DNA of 30,176 nucleotides, taken from positions 1-30,176 of the IMG/VR virus record IMGVR_UViG_3300025390_000030. The stretch is one strand, 5' to 3'. The notes below the pieces were generated by a model. It was not told the origin of the DNA and did no database searches. It saw only the letters and a list, made by a program, of their open reading frames with translations. The position numbers were made by a program, and so were the translations under genes. The DNA is from a virus (lineage: Duplodnaviria; Caudoviricetes). Shown here piece after piece: positions 8,302 through 16,748 of the stretch. The stretch's first letter is position 1. The number at the start of each line of letters is the position of its first letter.

Positions 8302-9591
8302 TCAGTCCTCCGTTGTCTGATTGTCTGTGTCTGCGATGTCATCCAGACTCCCGGGCAAAGATATCTTGGTCTCATCCCACTCTGTCATGATGAGATCCAA
8401 TAGGTCGTGGGTGATACCACTGCGAAAATATTTGTGTTCTTTGCCCTGCCTGTCAGTGTATTTCAGCTTGTTGCCGTCCTTGACCAGCACGCCCTTTTTC
8501 TCAAACATTTCCACAAGACCACTGTATTCATCCATACCAGTGTCCCAGGGAATCTTGATCTCCACGCTTTCAAATGGCTTGTTGTAGCGTGTTTTCATGA
8601 TCTTGCAGGCAGCACGTATGCCCCGGATGTCAGTGGTTTTCTTGCCATCTTCATCTTCTTTGAGCTTGAGCTTGCGCATGGCAACCACAATGGAACTGGC
8701 ATAGATAAACCCCTGTCCACCGCTGATCTTGTCGTCTGGATCAAACATGTCCTGGCTGGCATAGGTATGATTGGTGACCACCAGTCCCACGTCATACTCG
8801 CCAAACATGTTTACACAGTTGCGCACCAGTGATGCCAAGGCCTTGGGTTTGCGACCCATGTCGCCTTTCATCTCGCCTGCTTCAAACTGGTTCACATCAG
8901 TGGGAGTCAGCAACATGCCCAAGCTGTCCAACACAAACAGTATTTTGGGACGCTCGCTGGGATCTGTTTTGTCAAAGCGAGTCTTGTAGTCTTTCATAAA
9001 ATCGCTGACCAACCGTGCCACATCGTCAATCAAGGCCATGTTGACTTTGAGCAGCTTGTCCTCACTGGTATCCACGCCCAGGGGCTGCAGCCACTTCTCG
9101 TCCAGTGCATTTTCTGTGTCAATCAATATGGGAAACACACCGTCGCGCTGTGCATTGCGAATGATGTTGCCTGAACAGATATAGCTCTTGCCCGAGTTGT
9201 GACTGCTGATTCCATCACCCCAATAACGGTGATTTTTATGGCCAATCTCAAAGTCATAACACTCTTCATCTGTTTGATCAACAACCGCGGTCACCAAACC
9301 ATAAGGAGTATATAAATTGTCAGTCAACACTCGATCACCAATATCCAATTCTCCTGCAAGCTTCCAAACAAGAGTGCCATTATGCATAACTTGCACAAGA
9401 TGGTTAGTTGCACAAAGCGTAGTTTTACCATTGTCAAGGCTCACTTTGACCATTGGCAGTTCACCTTTGTCAAACCAGTTAATGATTGGTTGATAACCAT
9501 CGGGCGTACCTAGTTCAATATCATATTCCCTAGAAAGCCACAATTCTCTAAGCTCACCGACAGTGACTTGTTTTTCTTCAGTATGTTCCAT
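8302..9591 (-). CDS. uvsX: split-intein C part (132 aa) fused to the UvsX/RecA C-extein (297 aa)
   Basis: Hint motifs CATNH, CYDFEI and SSHN|S, then SGKS, IDTENALD, VLDSLG, GDMGRKPK, SGGQG and KTRY RecA motifs. Confidence 0.9.
   Translation of the reverse strand: MEHTEEKQVTVGELRELWLSREYDIELGTPDGYQPIINWFDKGELPMVKVSLDNGKTTLCATNHLVQVMHNGTLVWKLAGELDIGDRVLTDNLYTPYGLVTAVVDQTDEECYDFEIGHKNHRYWGDGISSHNSGKSYICSGNIIRNAQRDGVFPILIDTENALDEKWLQPLGVDTSEDKLLKVNMALIDDVARLVSDFMKDYKTRFDKTDPSERPKILFVLDSLGMLLTPTDVNQFEAGEMKGDMGRKPKALASLVRNCVNMFGEYDVGLVVTNHTYASQDMFDPDDKISGGQGFIYASSIVVAMRKLKLKEDEDGKKTTDIRGIRAACKIMKTRYNKPFESVEIKIPWDTGMDEYSGLVEMFEKKGVLVKDGNKLKYTDRQGKEHKYFRSGITHDLLDLIMTEWDETKISLPGSLDDIADTDNQTTED
9196..9591 (-). 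mobile_element. IntC of an atypically split intein
   Basis: Blocks B (TNH), F (YD) and G (HN), with +1 Ser; no block A. Confidence 0.88.
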
Positions 9592-9682
9592 CAGTTGATC
9601 TTTCTTTCCTGTGTTGATTTATACATTCTACTGCATATGCAACCATATCAGTGGGATTGGACCTGAATTCACTTTCCCAAAC
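9578..9682 (-). pseudogene. C-terminal remnant of a Vsr-like/EDxHD homing endonuclease
   Basis: Startless frame reads VWESEFRSNPTDMVAYAVECINQHRKERSTDGTY*; its stop overlaps the IntC ORF. Confidence 0.55.
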
Positions 9683-9692
9683 TGGATAACAA

Positions 9693-9929
9693 TTACTTCT
9701 TTTTTAGTCGTACTTTCACTTTGGCACTGGCAGGTAAACAGCCGCTCTGTCCTGCAAACATGGTGACTTTGCCCAGAGGTATGCCGTGTTTGAAATCACC
9801 ACTGATGGCATAGTTCAGTGCATAGTTACCGCTGTGAATCCAAGTGCCGGGATCATGGAAACCAATGCTCATCGTGGGAATGGCTTTGGTAATGTCTTTT
9901 CTAAAGCGCGAAATATCATAGGGTTTCAT
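9693..9929 (-). CDS. uvsX: UvsX/RecA N-extein (63 aa) plus split-intein N part (15 aa)
   Basis: SGNYALNYAISG..GIPLGKVTMFAGQSG followed by CLPASAKVKVRLKKK*. Confidence 0.9.
   Translation of the reverse strand: MKPYDISRFRKDITKAIPTMSIGFHDPGTWIHSGNYALNYAISGDFKHGIPLGKVTMFAGQSGCLPASAKVKVRLKKK
9696..9740 (-). mobile_element. IntN (15 aa) of an atypically split intein
   Basis: Cys1 block A (CLPASAKV) begins exactly in the middle of the P-loop. Confidence 0.85.
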
Positions 9930-9997
9930 GTGATGCCTTTCATGGTCTGAGCAGGCGAAGGCTGACCAGCAACCTCCGCCTTGCCCTCTGTGTGGGA

Positions 9998-11056
9998 TTA
10001 AGACTGGTTACCAGCCTTGCGTGCGCGAATGGCAGCCAAAATATCATCTGGTGATGACAGCTTGGGCTTGTCTTGCACAGGAGCAGCTGAACGCGGAGCC
10101 GGTGCATTCCATGGCACATCCTCATCGCGCGGTGCAGACTTGGGAGCCACACGGTCCATGATGGTGGCAGATGTCACTGGTTTGACAGCAGCTTTGACCA
10201 CCGGAGCCGGCGACAGGTCGGCATCATCACCGCTTGGCCCAGCAGCAGAGTCAAAACGCATGCCATTGGGCCGATAGTACTGCCCCCACTTGTCTGCATC
10301 ATAGAGTTCTTCCTGCACACTGGCAGCAAACATCTCCATGATAGCAGCCAGATGTGCATCATCTGGCTTCTTGGGCAAGAAGCTGCTGAGAGTAAACAGA
10401 CCATAGGTGTCAATGGCATGCAGCTCGTCACTGCTGAGCGCACGTTCCTTCATGGACCATGAACTGCTGCTATAGTTGGCATAGCCACCCTTAGTAGTCT
10501 TTGACAGATAGAAATCACGTCCGGATTGGTAATCAGTAGGACTATTCTCAAGATCCTGACGCATAAGGATTGCCTTGATAGCATCAAACACGCTAGGATT
10601 GATGATAAATCTCCGGATTGGATTTTCCGGTGTTTGATCATCCTTGTTAGGATTCTGCGTGACAAAACCCTGGAACACATAGCTCTTCTTCCGCCAGTAG
10701 CGGCGAGCCATATCCTCCAAGCTAGGGTCCTTCCACCACGGACGTGTCTCGGCTGCAATGGGACAGCTGCCTGGCTTCCACATGTCCATGCAAGGAACCT
10801 GCACTTCCACTGGGCGAGCGTCATTCTGCCCCTTGACTCCAGGGAATGGAATCTTGATGATGAGCCGTTCCACCCAGAAGAAGTCGTTGGTGTCGTCGCC
10901 GTCTGGCAGAAACCTCAGAGTGGCAGAACTACCTTCTGGGTTGTTCCAGAACGGATAGATACTGTTGTCTCCGGTGAATGTGCCGCCCTTGGAGCGGTCT
11001 TTGCGTGCCTGCTGCTCCAGCAGCTTGGCTTGTATTTCTTTAAGACTCAGTGCCAT
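9998..11056 (-). CDS. gp32-like single-stranded DNA-binding protein
   Basis: ATLRFLPDG, CM.MW...CPI and KGGYANYSSS motifs; C-terminal DDILAAIRAR; AGGAGG RBS. Confidence 0.85.
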   Translation of the reverse strand: MALSLKEIQAKLLEQQARKDRSKGGTFTGDNSIYPFWNNPEGSSATLRFLPDGDDTNDFFWVERLIIKIPFPGVKGQNDARPVEVQVPCMDMWKPGSCPIAAETRPWWKDPSLEDMARRYWRKKSYVFQGFVTQNPNKDDQTPENPIRRFIINPSVFDAIKAILMRQDLENSPTDYQSGRDFYLSKTTKGGYANYSSSSWSMKERALSSDELHAIDTYGLFTLSSFLPKKPDDAHLAAIMEMFAASVQEELYDADKWGQYYRPNGMRFDSAAGPSGDDADLSPAPVVKAAVKPVTSATIMDRVAPKSAPRDEDVPWNAPAPRSAAPVQDKPKLSSPDDILAAIRARKAGNQS

Positions 11057-11133
11057 GATATGTGCCTCCTATGTGTGCTTTCATGTGCCTATTGGTGCTA
11101 TAGACAGCCAGCAACTGTGTATTGCTAGCTGAC

Positions 11134-11161
11134 AGTGTATTTATGCAAGATCTATTGTCAA
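11134..11161 (-). promoter_or_regulatory. overlapping early (TTGACA-N16-TACACT) and late (TAAATA) promoter for the SSB gene
   Basis: Both motifs are visible in TTGACAatagatcttgcaTAAATAcact. Confidence 0.55.
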
Positions 11162-11216
11162 GTGCAGGTATTAACAAAAATCCTTCATTTCACAAGGCCA
11201 TTGCACAACTACTGTT

Positions 11217-12242
11217 TTAGATGATACCAGCCAATGCTTCTAAACGCAAGAGATCTGCAGTGATATCACTGTCTGCCTCTGCGGCATCCTGCACCCGACT
11301 CAGCAGATATCTAGCTGCAGTGGTCAGAGCACGCATGCCAACATCATCAGACTTTTCACAGCCGCAGGCCTCAGCCAGCTGATTGCGCAGCTCTATCACA
11401 CGATCAGCAGGAGCATTGGTAATCTGGTTGGCCATTTGCTCCAAGGCCTGTGCATAGCCTCTGATGCCGCTGAGCTGCTTGCTGCGTTTGCCAAGCTGTT
11501 CCAACGCACCTTTGACCTTAAGTGACAGATCACCGTCTTTGCTGCGCTGCATGTGTCTTGCGGCTCGCTTGAGGTCCAAATAGTCCTCGCTCATCTTCAC
11601 AATGGCACAGCCGGTGCGATCTGAAAACACACCGTTATTGGCCAAGTGACGTGCCATAGCTCGTGCTCCAGCTATATGAGCCAGAGGGTACTTGAAACGT
11701 TCGCCATGATGGTTTTCTATAAAGATATGCTTGACACGACGCCAACGGCTGCCCCGTTTGTCTTCGTTCACAGGGTCTGTATGACGAATGATCAGCCGGC
11801 TGTTGCCTATCTGCTGATAACTGCTTTTGGTACTGCCATAGGGCTTGCTGATATCGCGACTTTCTCGGATGTTGTTTACTGCATCTTCGCGGGGATCAAT
11901 GTCATGATCAAATTTGTACCAATTGACGCTGATGTTTTCCCTGTCACCTACATTGGTCTGCAGACTGTTCTTCAGCTGTATCACCAGATTGAAATCCCTG
12001 TCATCGGCCAAGTTGGGTGTTTTGATGTCCATGTGGCTGCTGGCATCGTCGTCGTGTACACTGACCAAGATGTTGAAACTCTGCAGCTGCGGATCATGAC
12101 TGGGTATGGTGGAAAAAAAGCGTGTGGCTTCGTGCGGGTCCATGGTTTTGCTGCCACCTTTGTCAAACATCTGCGTGCGATAACCACGGCCTCGCAGTAT
12201 GCCAAAGATCTTGTCTCCTATAAGGTCCCAGTTGCGATTCAT
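11217..12242 (-). CDS. conserved hypothetical protein, probably structural (head)
   Basis: GGAG RBS before ATG 12242, TAAATA at 12269-12274, GSTKSSYQ/GERF/GARAMARH blocks, and position next to the terminase. Confidence 0.7.
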   Translation of the reverse strand: MNRNWDLIGDKIFGILRGRGYRTQMFDKGGSKTMDPHEATRFFSTIPSHDPQLQSFNILVSVHDDDASSHMDIKTPNLADDRDFNLVIQLKNSLQTNVGDRENISVNWYKFDHDIDPREDAVNNIRESRDISKPYGSTKSSYQQIGNSRLIIRHTDPVNEDKRGSRWRRVKHIFIENHHGERFKYPLAHIAGARAMARHLANNGVFSDRTGCAIVKMSEDYLDLKRAARHMQRSKDGDLSLKVKGALEQLGKRSKQLSGIRGYAQALEQMANQITNAPADRVIELRNQLAEACGCEKSDDVGMRALTTAARYLLSRVQDAAEADSDITADLLRLEALAGII

Positions 12243-12279
12243 CAAGCTTCTCCAGACAGTTTGCCATGTATTTAAGACA

Positions 12280-14844
12280 TCAATAGCCAAAACTTATGGG
12301 CATGGGTTCCTCGGACACATCGTTAAAATCATCCTTCATGAGGTTGCCAATGCTCTCATCCCAGCGCGTTACCATCTGCATCATCCTCACACACAGTATC
12401 AACGCCATGACTGCATCATCATGCTCTCCGCTCTTGCCGCGGAAGCTGTCACCGTGACTCACAAAGAACTTCAGTTGACGGACCAACATCCTACTGCGCA
12501 GTTTGAGCTTGTCGCTTTCCACAAGGCTTTTGAGCTTGGTGCAGGCCATGGCCTTGCTGCGTGTGTTGGTATTGAGACCTCGGCGTTTGGTCATGCCTTT
12601 GACCTTGGGTTCATGCAACCAAATGCCGTTGAATGAGTCTTCGCCCATTTCGTCTATGGTCAGTATGGCGCCTTCGCCCCAGCTGTTGTTCTCTAGTGTG
12701 AAATAGACCTCTGGTTCACCTCGCTGATCGCTGTGCTTTTTCATCTCACTGTGTATGAGATTCACTATGCCCTGCATGATCCTGACCTGTTGAGGGATAC
12801 TGGTGCGGTTGTGGCTCCATTCTGCTACCTGTGCCATGTCGGGCAAGCTGAAAACCTGTATGCAGGCATCGTCTTTGCCCACTCCTGCACTGGGATCCAG
12901 AGCCACCAAATATATGGCATTGGCCTTGATATGGTCGTACCAACGTATCTGATTGGTCCTGTACAAGGGATCTGTGCCCTGCAGTTTCAGCAAGGTCACT
13001 GCATTGATCAGAGTTTCATCGGCTGTGAGAAAATCACACCCATATTCGCGGCGGAATCGGTCGGACCCTATTTTGGCCGATTCGCGAGCAGCCCAGGCTT
13101 CGTCGCGGCCAGGCACTTCGCTGTAGTGTGCAGTGAATCCCCGAAAACCATTGATTCCCAATCCATCCGGTGTGTCATTGCCATATTCGTCTATGGTTTT
13201 GTTGGCACCGAACCATATCTCTGCAAACTTGTCTTCGTCACTGTTGGGAGTGGAGGTTATGATACATTTGCCGCCGGTGGCCAGAGTGGGAGCCATGGCA
13301 GTCCAGAATTCTTCGGCTATGCGAGGTTTCACAAATGCAAACTCGTCCAAATACAGCAGACTGATGCTCATGCCGCGCCCACTGTCTGGTGTGGTAGTAG
13401 TGGCCTTGATACGCGAACCATTGTCAAACTTGATGTCCTGCACATTGTAGGTCGCCACACCAGCACGCAGCCAATCTGGCAGTTCCTCATAGCTGAACTT
13501 CACACGATCCATGATTTCGTTGGCAGCACGGAATTTGTTGGCAGCTATCAGTATGGTCACGTCTCTATTGAACATGGCATACCACAGGAGATAGCCTGCA
13601 GCAGTTGTGGTGTTATGGGTTGGCACCATTGTCTCACCACATGTGAACATGTGGGTTGGATCAGCAACCTGTATGCACCTAACCGGAACACTCTGGCACT
13701 GCTTGATGGTTTTTATGTACAGACGACTGTGCTTTGGATGGTGTTGACAATTGGTCTGCCTATGCAATTTGCGTTTCAGCTTGAATACCTCATGCCTTGC
13801 CGTGGTAAACATCAATGCATGAGATGGCTGTCCCTTGTGAAGTCTGGCCTGCAATCTGCTTTTGATACCAAGGCTAGATAGCAATTCTCGCACTTGCTTA
13901 GTGAGCACTGTGTGCTTTTGATAGAATTTGCAATGTCCGCCCTTATCAACACTGCCAGCTGTGTCCATGAGGCCTCTCAACAGTTCCAGACGTTGATGCA
14001 CAGAGGCGCGCAGATACAGTGCCGGGATATGCTTGTGTTTGAGGAGATTTTCCCCACAAAGCAGCGGCATCAAACCATATATAGCGCGTATTTCACTGTT
14101 TAGACTGTGCATGTGCGACGGGCTATGGACTGATCCGTCTTGCTCTATATATCTGACAACGTCAACACTGAGATCAACGCATTGTGCGACACGTTCGCTA
14201 GTCCATGCGCCATGCCCTAGCCATACTCCCAACGCATAAGGAGCTATTGGTAGATCAACATCTGGCAGGTCCATGGGGCTGGCAATATCTATCCATATCC
14301 TGCGATTCCCAACATGTGACGTGAGATATTCAGCTATCTGTTCAGTGGTCTTTACCTGGTTCTTTATGCGCCAATTGGATGAAGTCACTTGCCACAGATG
14401 TTCAGCATCTGCTACCACCTTGTCACCGTTGTCAAACTCAAGCTCATAACATGTATGATTGTGCATGATCTCCGTGGCAAATGTGACGGTGGTTGGTTTA
14501 CCGTTAGCTGCTATTATCGTGTCACCGATCTGTATATCGCCCATAGTGGTCCAGCCAGACGGTGTGGCCATCAAAGTATCCAACGCCAATGCCTTGCCAG
14601 ATTGTCGCGGCAGCAGTGCTATGACCGAAGTGTTGGTCCAGTAAGTGTTGACCAGGCGCTTCTGATAGTCATAGGCTTCAAAGTGCATGCGCCCCTTGAC
14701 AGGATGCTGTATCCACATGTAGGTCTGCATGAAATACAAAGGATCTCTGGCACAGCGTGCTATTTCACGTATCTGCGCAGCCGTATATGTGCTTTTCTTA
14801 TTGGCCTGTTTGACCAACTGAAAATCTATGTCATTCTTTGCCAT
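12280..14844 (-). CDS. terL: terminase large subunit (gp17-like) containing an intein; mature protein 527 aa
   Basis: PRQSGK|TT Walker A, LYLDEFAFV Walker B, ITSTPN, and LDPSAG and HDDAVMA nuclease motifs. Confidence 0.95.
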   Translation of the reverse strand: MAKNDIDFQLVKQANKKSTYTAAQIREIARCARDPLYFMQTYMWIQHPVKGRMHFEAYDYQKRLVNTYWTNTSVIALLPRQSGKALALDTLMATPSGWTTMGDIQIGDTIIAANGKPTTVTFATEIMHNHTCYELEFDNGDKVVADAEHLWQVTSSNWRIKNQVKTTEQIAEYLTSHVGNRRIWIDIASPMDLPDVDLPIAPYALGVWLGHGAWTSERVAQCVDLSVDVVRYIEQDGSVHSPSHMHSLNSEIRAIYGLMPLLCGENLLKHKHIPALYLRASVHQRLELLRGLMDTAGSVDKGGHCKFYQKHTVLTKQVRELLSSLGIKSRLQARLHKGQPSHALMFTTARHEVFKLKRKLHRQTNCQHHPKHSRLYIKTIKQCQSVPVRCIQVADPTHMFTCGETMVPTHNTTTAAGYLLWYAMFNRDVTILIAANKFRAANEIMDRVKFSYEELPDWLRAGVATYNVQDIKFDNGSRIKATTTTPDSGRGMSISLLYLDEFAFVKPRIAEEFWTAMAPTLATGGKCIITSTPNSDEDKFAEIWFGANKTIDEYGNDTPDGLGINGFRGFTAHYSEVPGRDEAWAARESAKIGSDRFRREYGCDFLTADETLINAVTLLKLQGTDPLYRTNQIRWYDHIKANAIYLVALDPSAGVGKDDACIQVFSLPDMAQVAEWSHNRTSIPQQVRIMQGIVNLIHSEMKKHSDQRGEPEVYFTLENNSWGEGAILTIDEMGEDSFNGIWLHEPKVKGMTKRRGLNTNTRSKAMACTKLKSLVESDKLKLRSRMLVRQLKFFVSHGDSFRGKSGEHDDAVMALILCVRMMQMVTRWDESIGNLMKDDFNDVSEEPMPISFGY
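13612..14592 (-). mobile_element. 327-aa class 3 intein with a degenerate LAGLIDADG domain
   Basis: Ala1 (ALALDT), HLW, VRCIQV and PTHN|T; endonuclease motifs read LGVWLGHG and LRGLMDTAG. Confidence 0.9.
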
Positions 14845-14858
14845 GTGTTGCTCAAGCG

Positions 14859-14886
14859 AACAGCGGCACTGTGCCGCTGTTACTTA
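14859..14886 (-). promoter_or_regulatory. TAAGTA late-promoter variant plus a 10-bp hairpin in the terminase leader
   Basis: AACAGCGGCA-N3-TGCCGCTGTT at 14859-14881, next to TAAGTA at 14881-14886. Confidence 0.45.
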
Positions 14887-14906
14887 TGAAAGTTAGATAG
14901 TGATGA

Positions 14907-16745
14907 TCAATTCATCACATCTTGGCGCCCAATATGACTCAGAGGACTGCGACTGCCATCAGTCACCGGATCTTCATCGTGAAAGGGATCCTTGTCAAAT
15001 TTGTCACGATCAGTGTATGTCAGCGGACTTTGGCTACCAGCATTGCTGTGTTCTAAATCAGCTTCTGCCAAAAAGCTGCGGTATTCTTCATTCAATTTGG
15101 CAAACAGGGTCTGTGCCCTGGCTGCCTGTTCTGCCATCATGGGGTTGTCGCCCATACTTCTCACAAAGCGCTGGTTGGTATGACGTCCCTGATAGATGTA
15201 GTCCTCGGGATCAACTGGGATGCCCTCTTCACTTTTTTCATCATGCCCGTAGTCATAGTCTGCATTTTCCATAGTGAGCTGCTCACAGCCGCAGCGACTC
15301 ATGGGTTGTTGACAGTGCGAGCAGCAGGGTTCTGCTGCACTGTAGGGACGACCTGCCTGCGGTTCAGCGTGATCCTGTTGAGCTGGCAGCATGCCTGCTG
15401 TAACCAGCAGTCTAGCCAAAGCAGCAGCATCTTCATCAGTGGCTGTGATACTCATGGACTTCTTGCTGCCCTGATCGCCAAAGCTCTGGTTCATCATGAT
15501 GTCCATGCTTTCACGAATCTGTCGCTTGCTCTCTGTATAGGCATAGACAAATCCCTGTGTGTCGGGCCCATTGTTGGTGGCACCAATACCTGTGAACGGC
15601 GGTGGACCCAGAGGTGCATCTTCCTCCATGCTCATGCTCATGCATTCGGCCATTCCATGCACAGGACACATCTCACCCTCTGCAGTCATGTTGCATTGGC
15701 CTTCATCTATGTCATCACCTGGCGATGTCTGGCCCATGTCTTTGCGGCCATCCTTCCAACCCTGATGCCAAGCCTCAATGGCTTCTTCATCATCACTGTC
15801 CAGATAGGGGTTGTTGCTTTTGCTGAGGCCATTAACTCCGGTTTCATAACCGTGCTCGTAAGGATCAGTAGTGGGCTTCATGTCATCTTCATAATAATTG
15901 CTCTCTGCAATCTTGCCATAGCGCTGGTTGCTACGCACTAGACCAGCCTTGCCCTGGGTCATTTTTTGCTTGTCAGTCAATGGTCCACCCGATACCCAAG
16001 CATCACAGGTTCTGCGCGAAGCACATTTGAACTTCAAGAATCTGCAGTATCCCAGATCACCGGCTTCAACTGTGGGATCTTCAGAGCCTAGGTCTGAACC
16101 TATGCCCTTGGCAATGCAGTCCAGTGTGGCTGCACGCTGATCAAATGCTGCGCAGTTGCCACAAAGGCTGTGTTTGGCTTCTTCAACAGAGTCCAGATTC
16201 CATTCATCCACCTTTTTTGACCAAAACTTTTTGTTTGGTAGGTTGGGATTCAGTGGCCCGTACCCATATTCGTCTATGGCCTTTTGTCTATTTTCAAGAT
16301 TCAGCGCGATGTCCTGTGTGGCAGGCGGGCATTTTGACATGGAAGATTTGGCGCCTGCGGAGGCAGAGCTGGACATGTTTTGGTCAGTTTTTGCAGCTTC
16401 TTCCATGTGATCATTTTCCACATGTGATACTTCAATGTCCTCGGCATTGTCATCCATCCACTTTTCAGCAGCAGTCATGTTGCGGAACTTGCGTATAAAC
16501 GGACGACTTTTGACCCCTTTGACTCCATGTATCAGCACAGGCTTGCGGGGGTCTAGGTCCCGCTGCACAGCAGTAGCCTCACCCATCTGTATGGTACCAC
16601 TGTATCCCGAGCACTCATCCAACCCATGCACAGGACACATTTCGCCCTCTGCTGTCATGTTGCAGGTCTCTGATTCATAGATTCTGTCTTTGATTCCCAG
16701 GGATTCAATGGCCCTGAGCTTGCCTAGTATGCTATGGAAGTCCAT
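14907..16745 (-). CDS. acidic modular protein, putative head-internal (protease-processed) protein
   Basis: 612 aa with a duplicated CNMTAEGEMCPVHG, a Cys-rich domain, an RMF-like segment and repeated hydrophobic-x-E-S/A motifs. Confidence 0.55.
   Translation of the reverse strand: MDFHSILGKLRAIESLGIKDRIYESETCNMTAEGEMCPVHGLDECSGYSGTIQMGEATAVQRDLDPRKPVLIHGVKGVKSRPFIRKFRNMTAAEKWMDDNAEDIEVSHVENDHMEEAAKTDQNMSSSASAGAKSSMSKCPPATQDIALNLENRQKAIDEYGYGPLNPNLPNKKFWSKKVDEWNLDSVEEAKHSLCGNCAAFDQRAATLDCIAKGIGSDLGSEDPTVEAGDLGYCRFLKFKCASRRTCDAWVSGGPLTDKQKMTQGKAGLVRSNQRYGKIAESNYYEDDMKPTTDPYEHGYETGVNGLSKSNNPYLDSDDEEAIEAWHQGWKDGRKDMGQTSPGDDIDEGQCNMTAEGEMCPVHGMAECMSMSMEEDAPLGPPPFTGIGATNNGPDTQGFVYAYTESKRQIRESMDIMMNQSFGDQGSKKSMSITATDEDAAALARLLVTAGMLPAQQDHAEPQAGRPYSAAEPCCSHCQQPMSRCGCEQLTMENADYDYGHDEKSEEGIPVDPEDYIYQGRHTNQRFVRSMGDNPMMAEQAARAQTLFAKLNEEYRSFLAEADLEHSNAGSQSPLTYTDRDKFDKDPFHDEDPVTDGSRSPLSHIGRQDVMN
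15655..16664. repeat. 41-bp direct repeat pair (15655-15695 and 16624-16664)
   Basis: 38 of 41 nt identical; encodes CNMTAEGEMCPVHG. Confidence 0.9.
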
Positions 16746-16748
16746 TGC

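Noticed and set aside
9616-9623. TATAAATC as a late promoter for IntC-uvsX
   Set aside because: It mismatches the final A and lies in the endonuclease remnant frame. It may be chance and was not called.
9592-9695. uvsX as a pseudogene or simple frameshift
   Set aside because: Both halves carry precise intein junction residues and are separated by 101 nt with non-intein character.
12733-13881. 382-aa plus-strand ORF
   Set aside because: Antisense shadow of the terminase.
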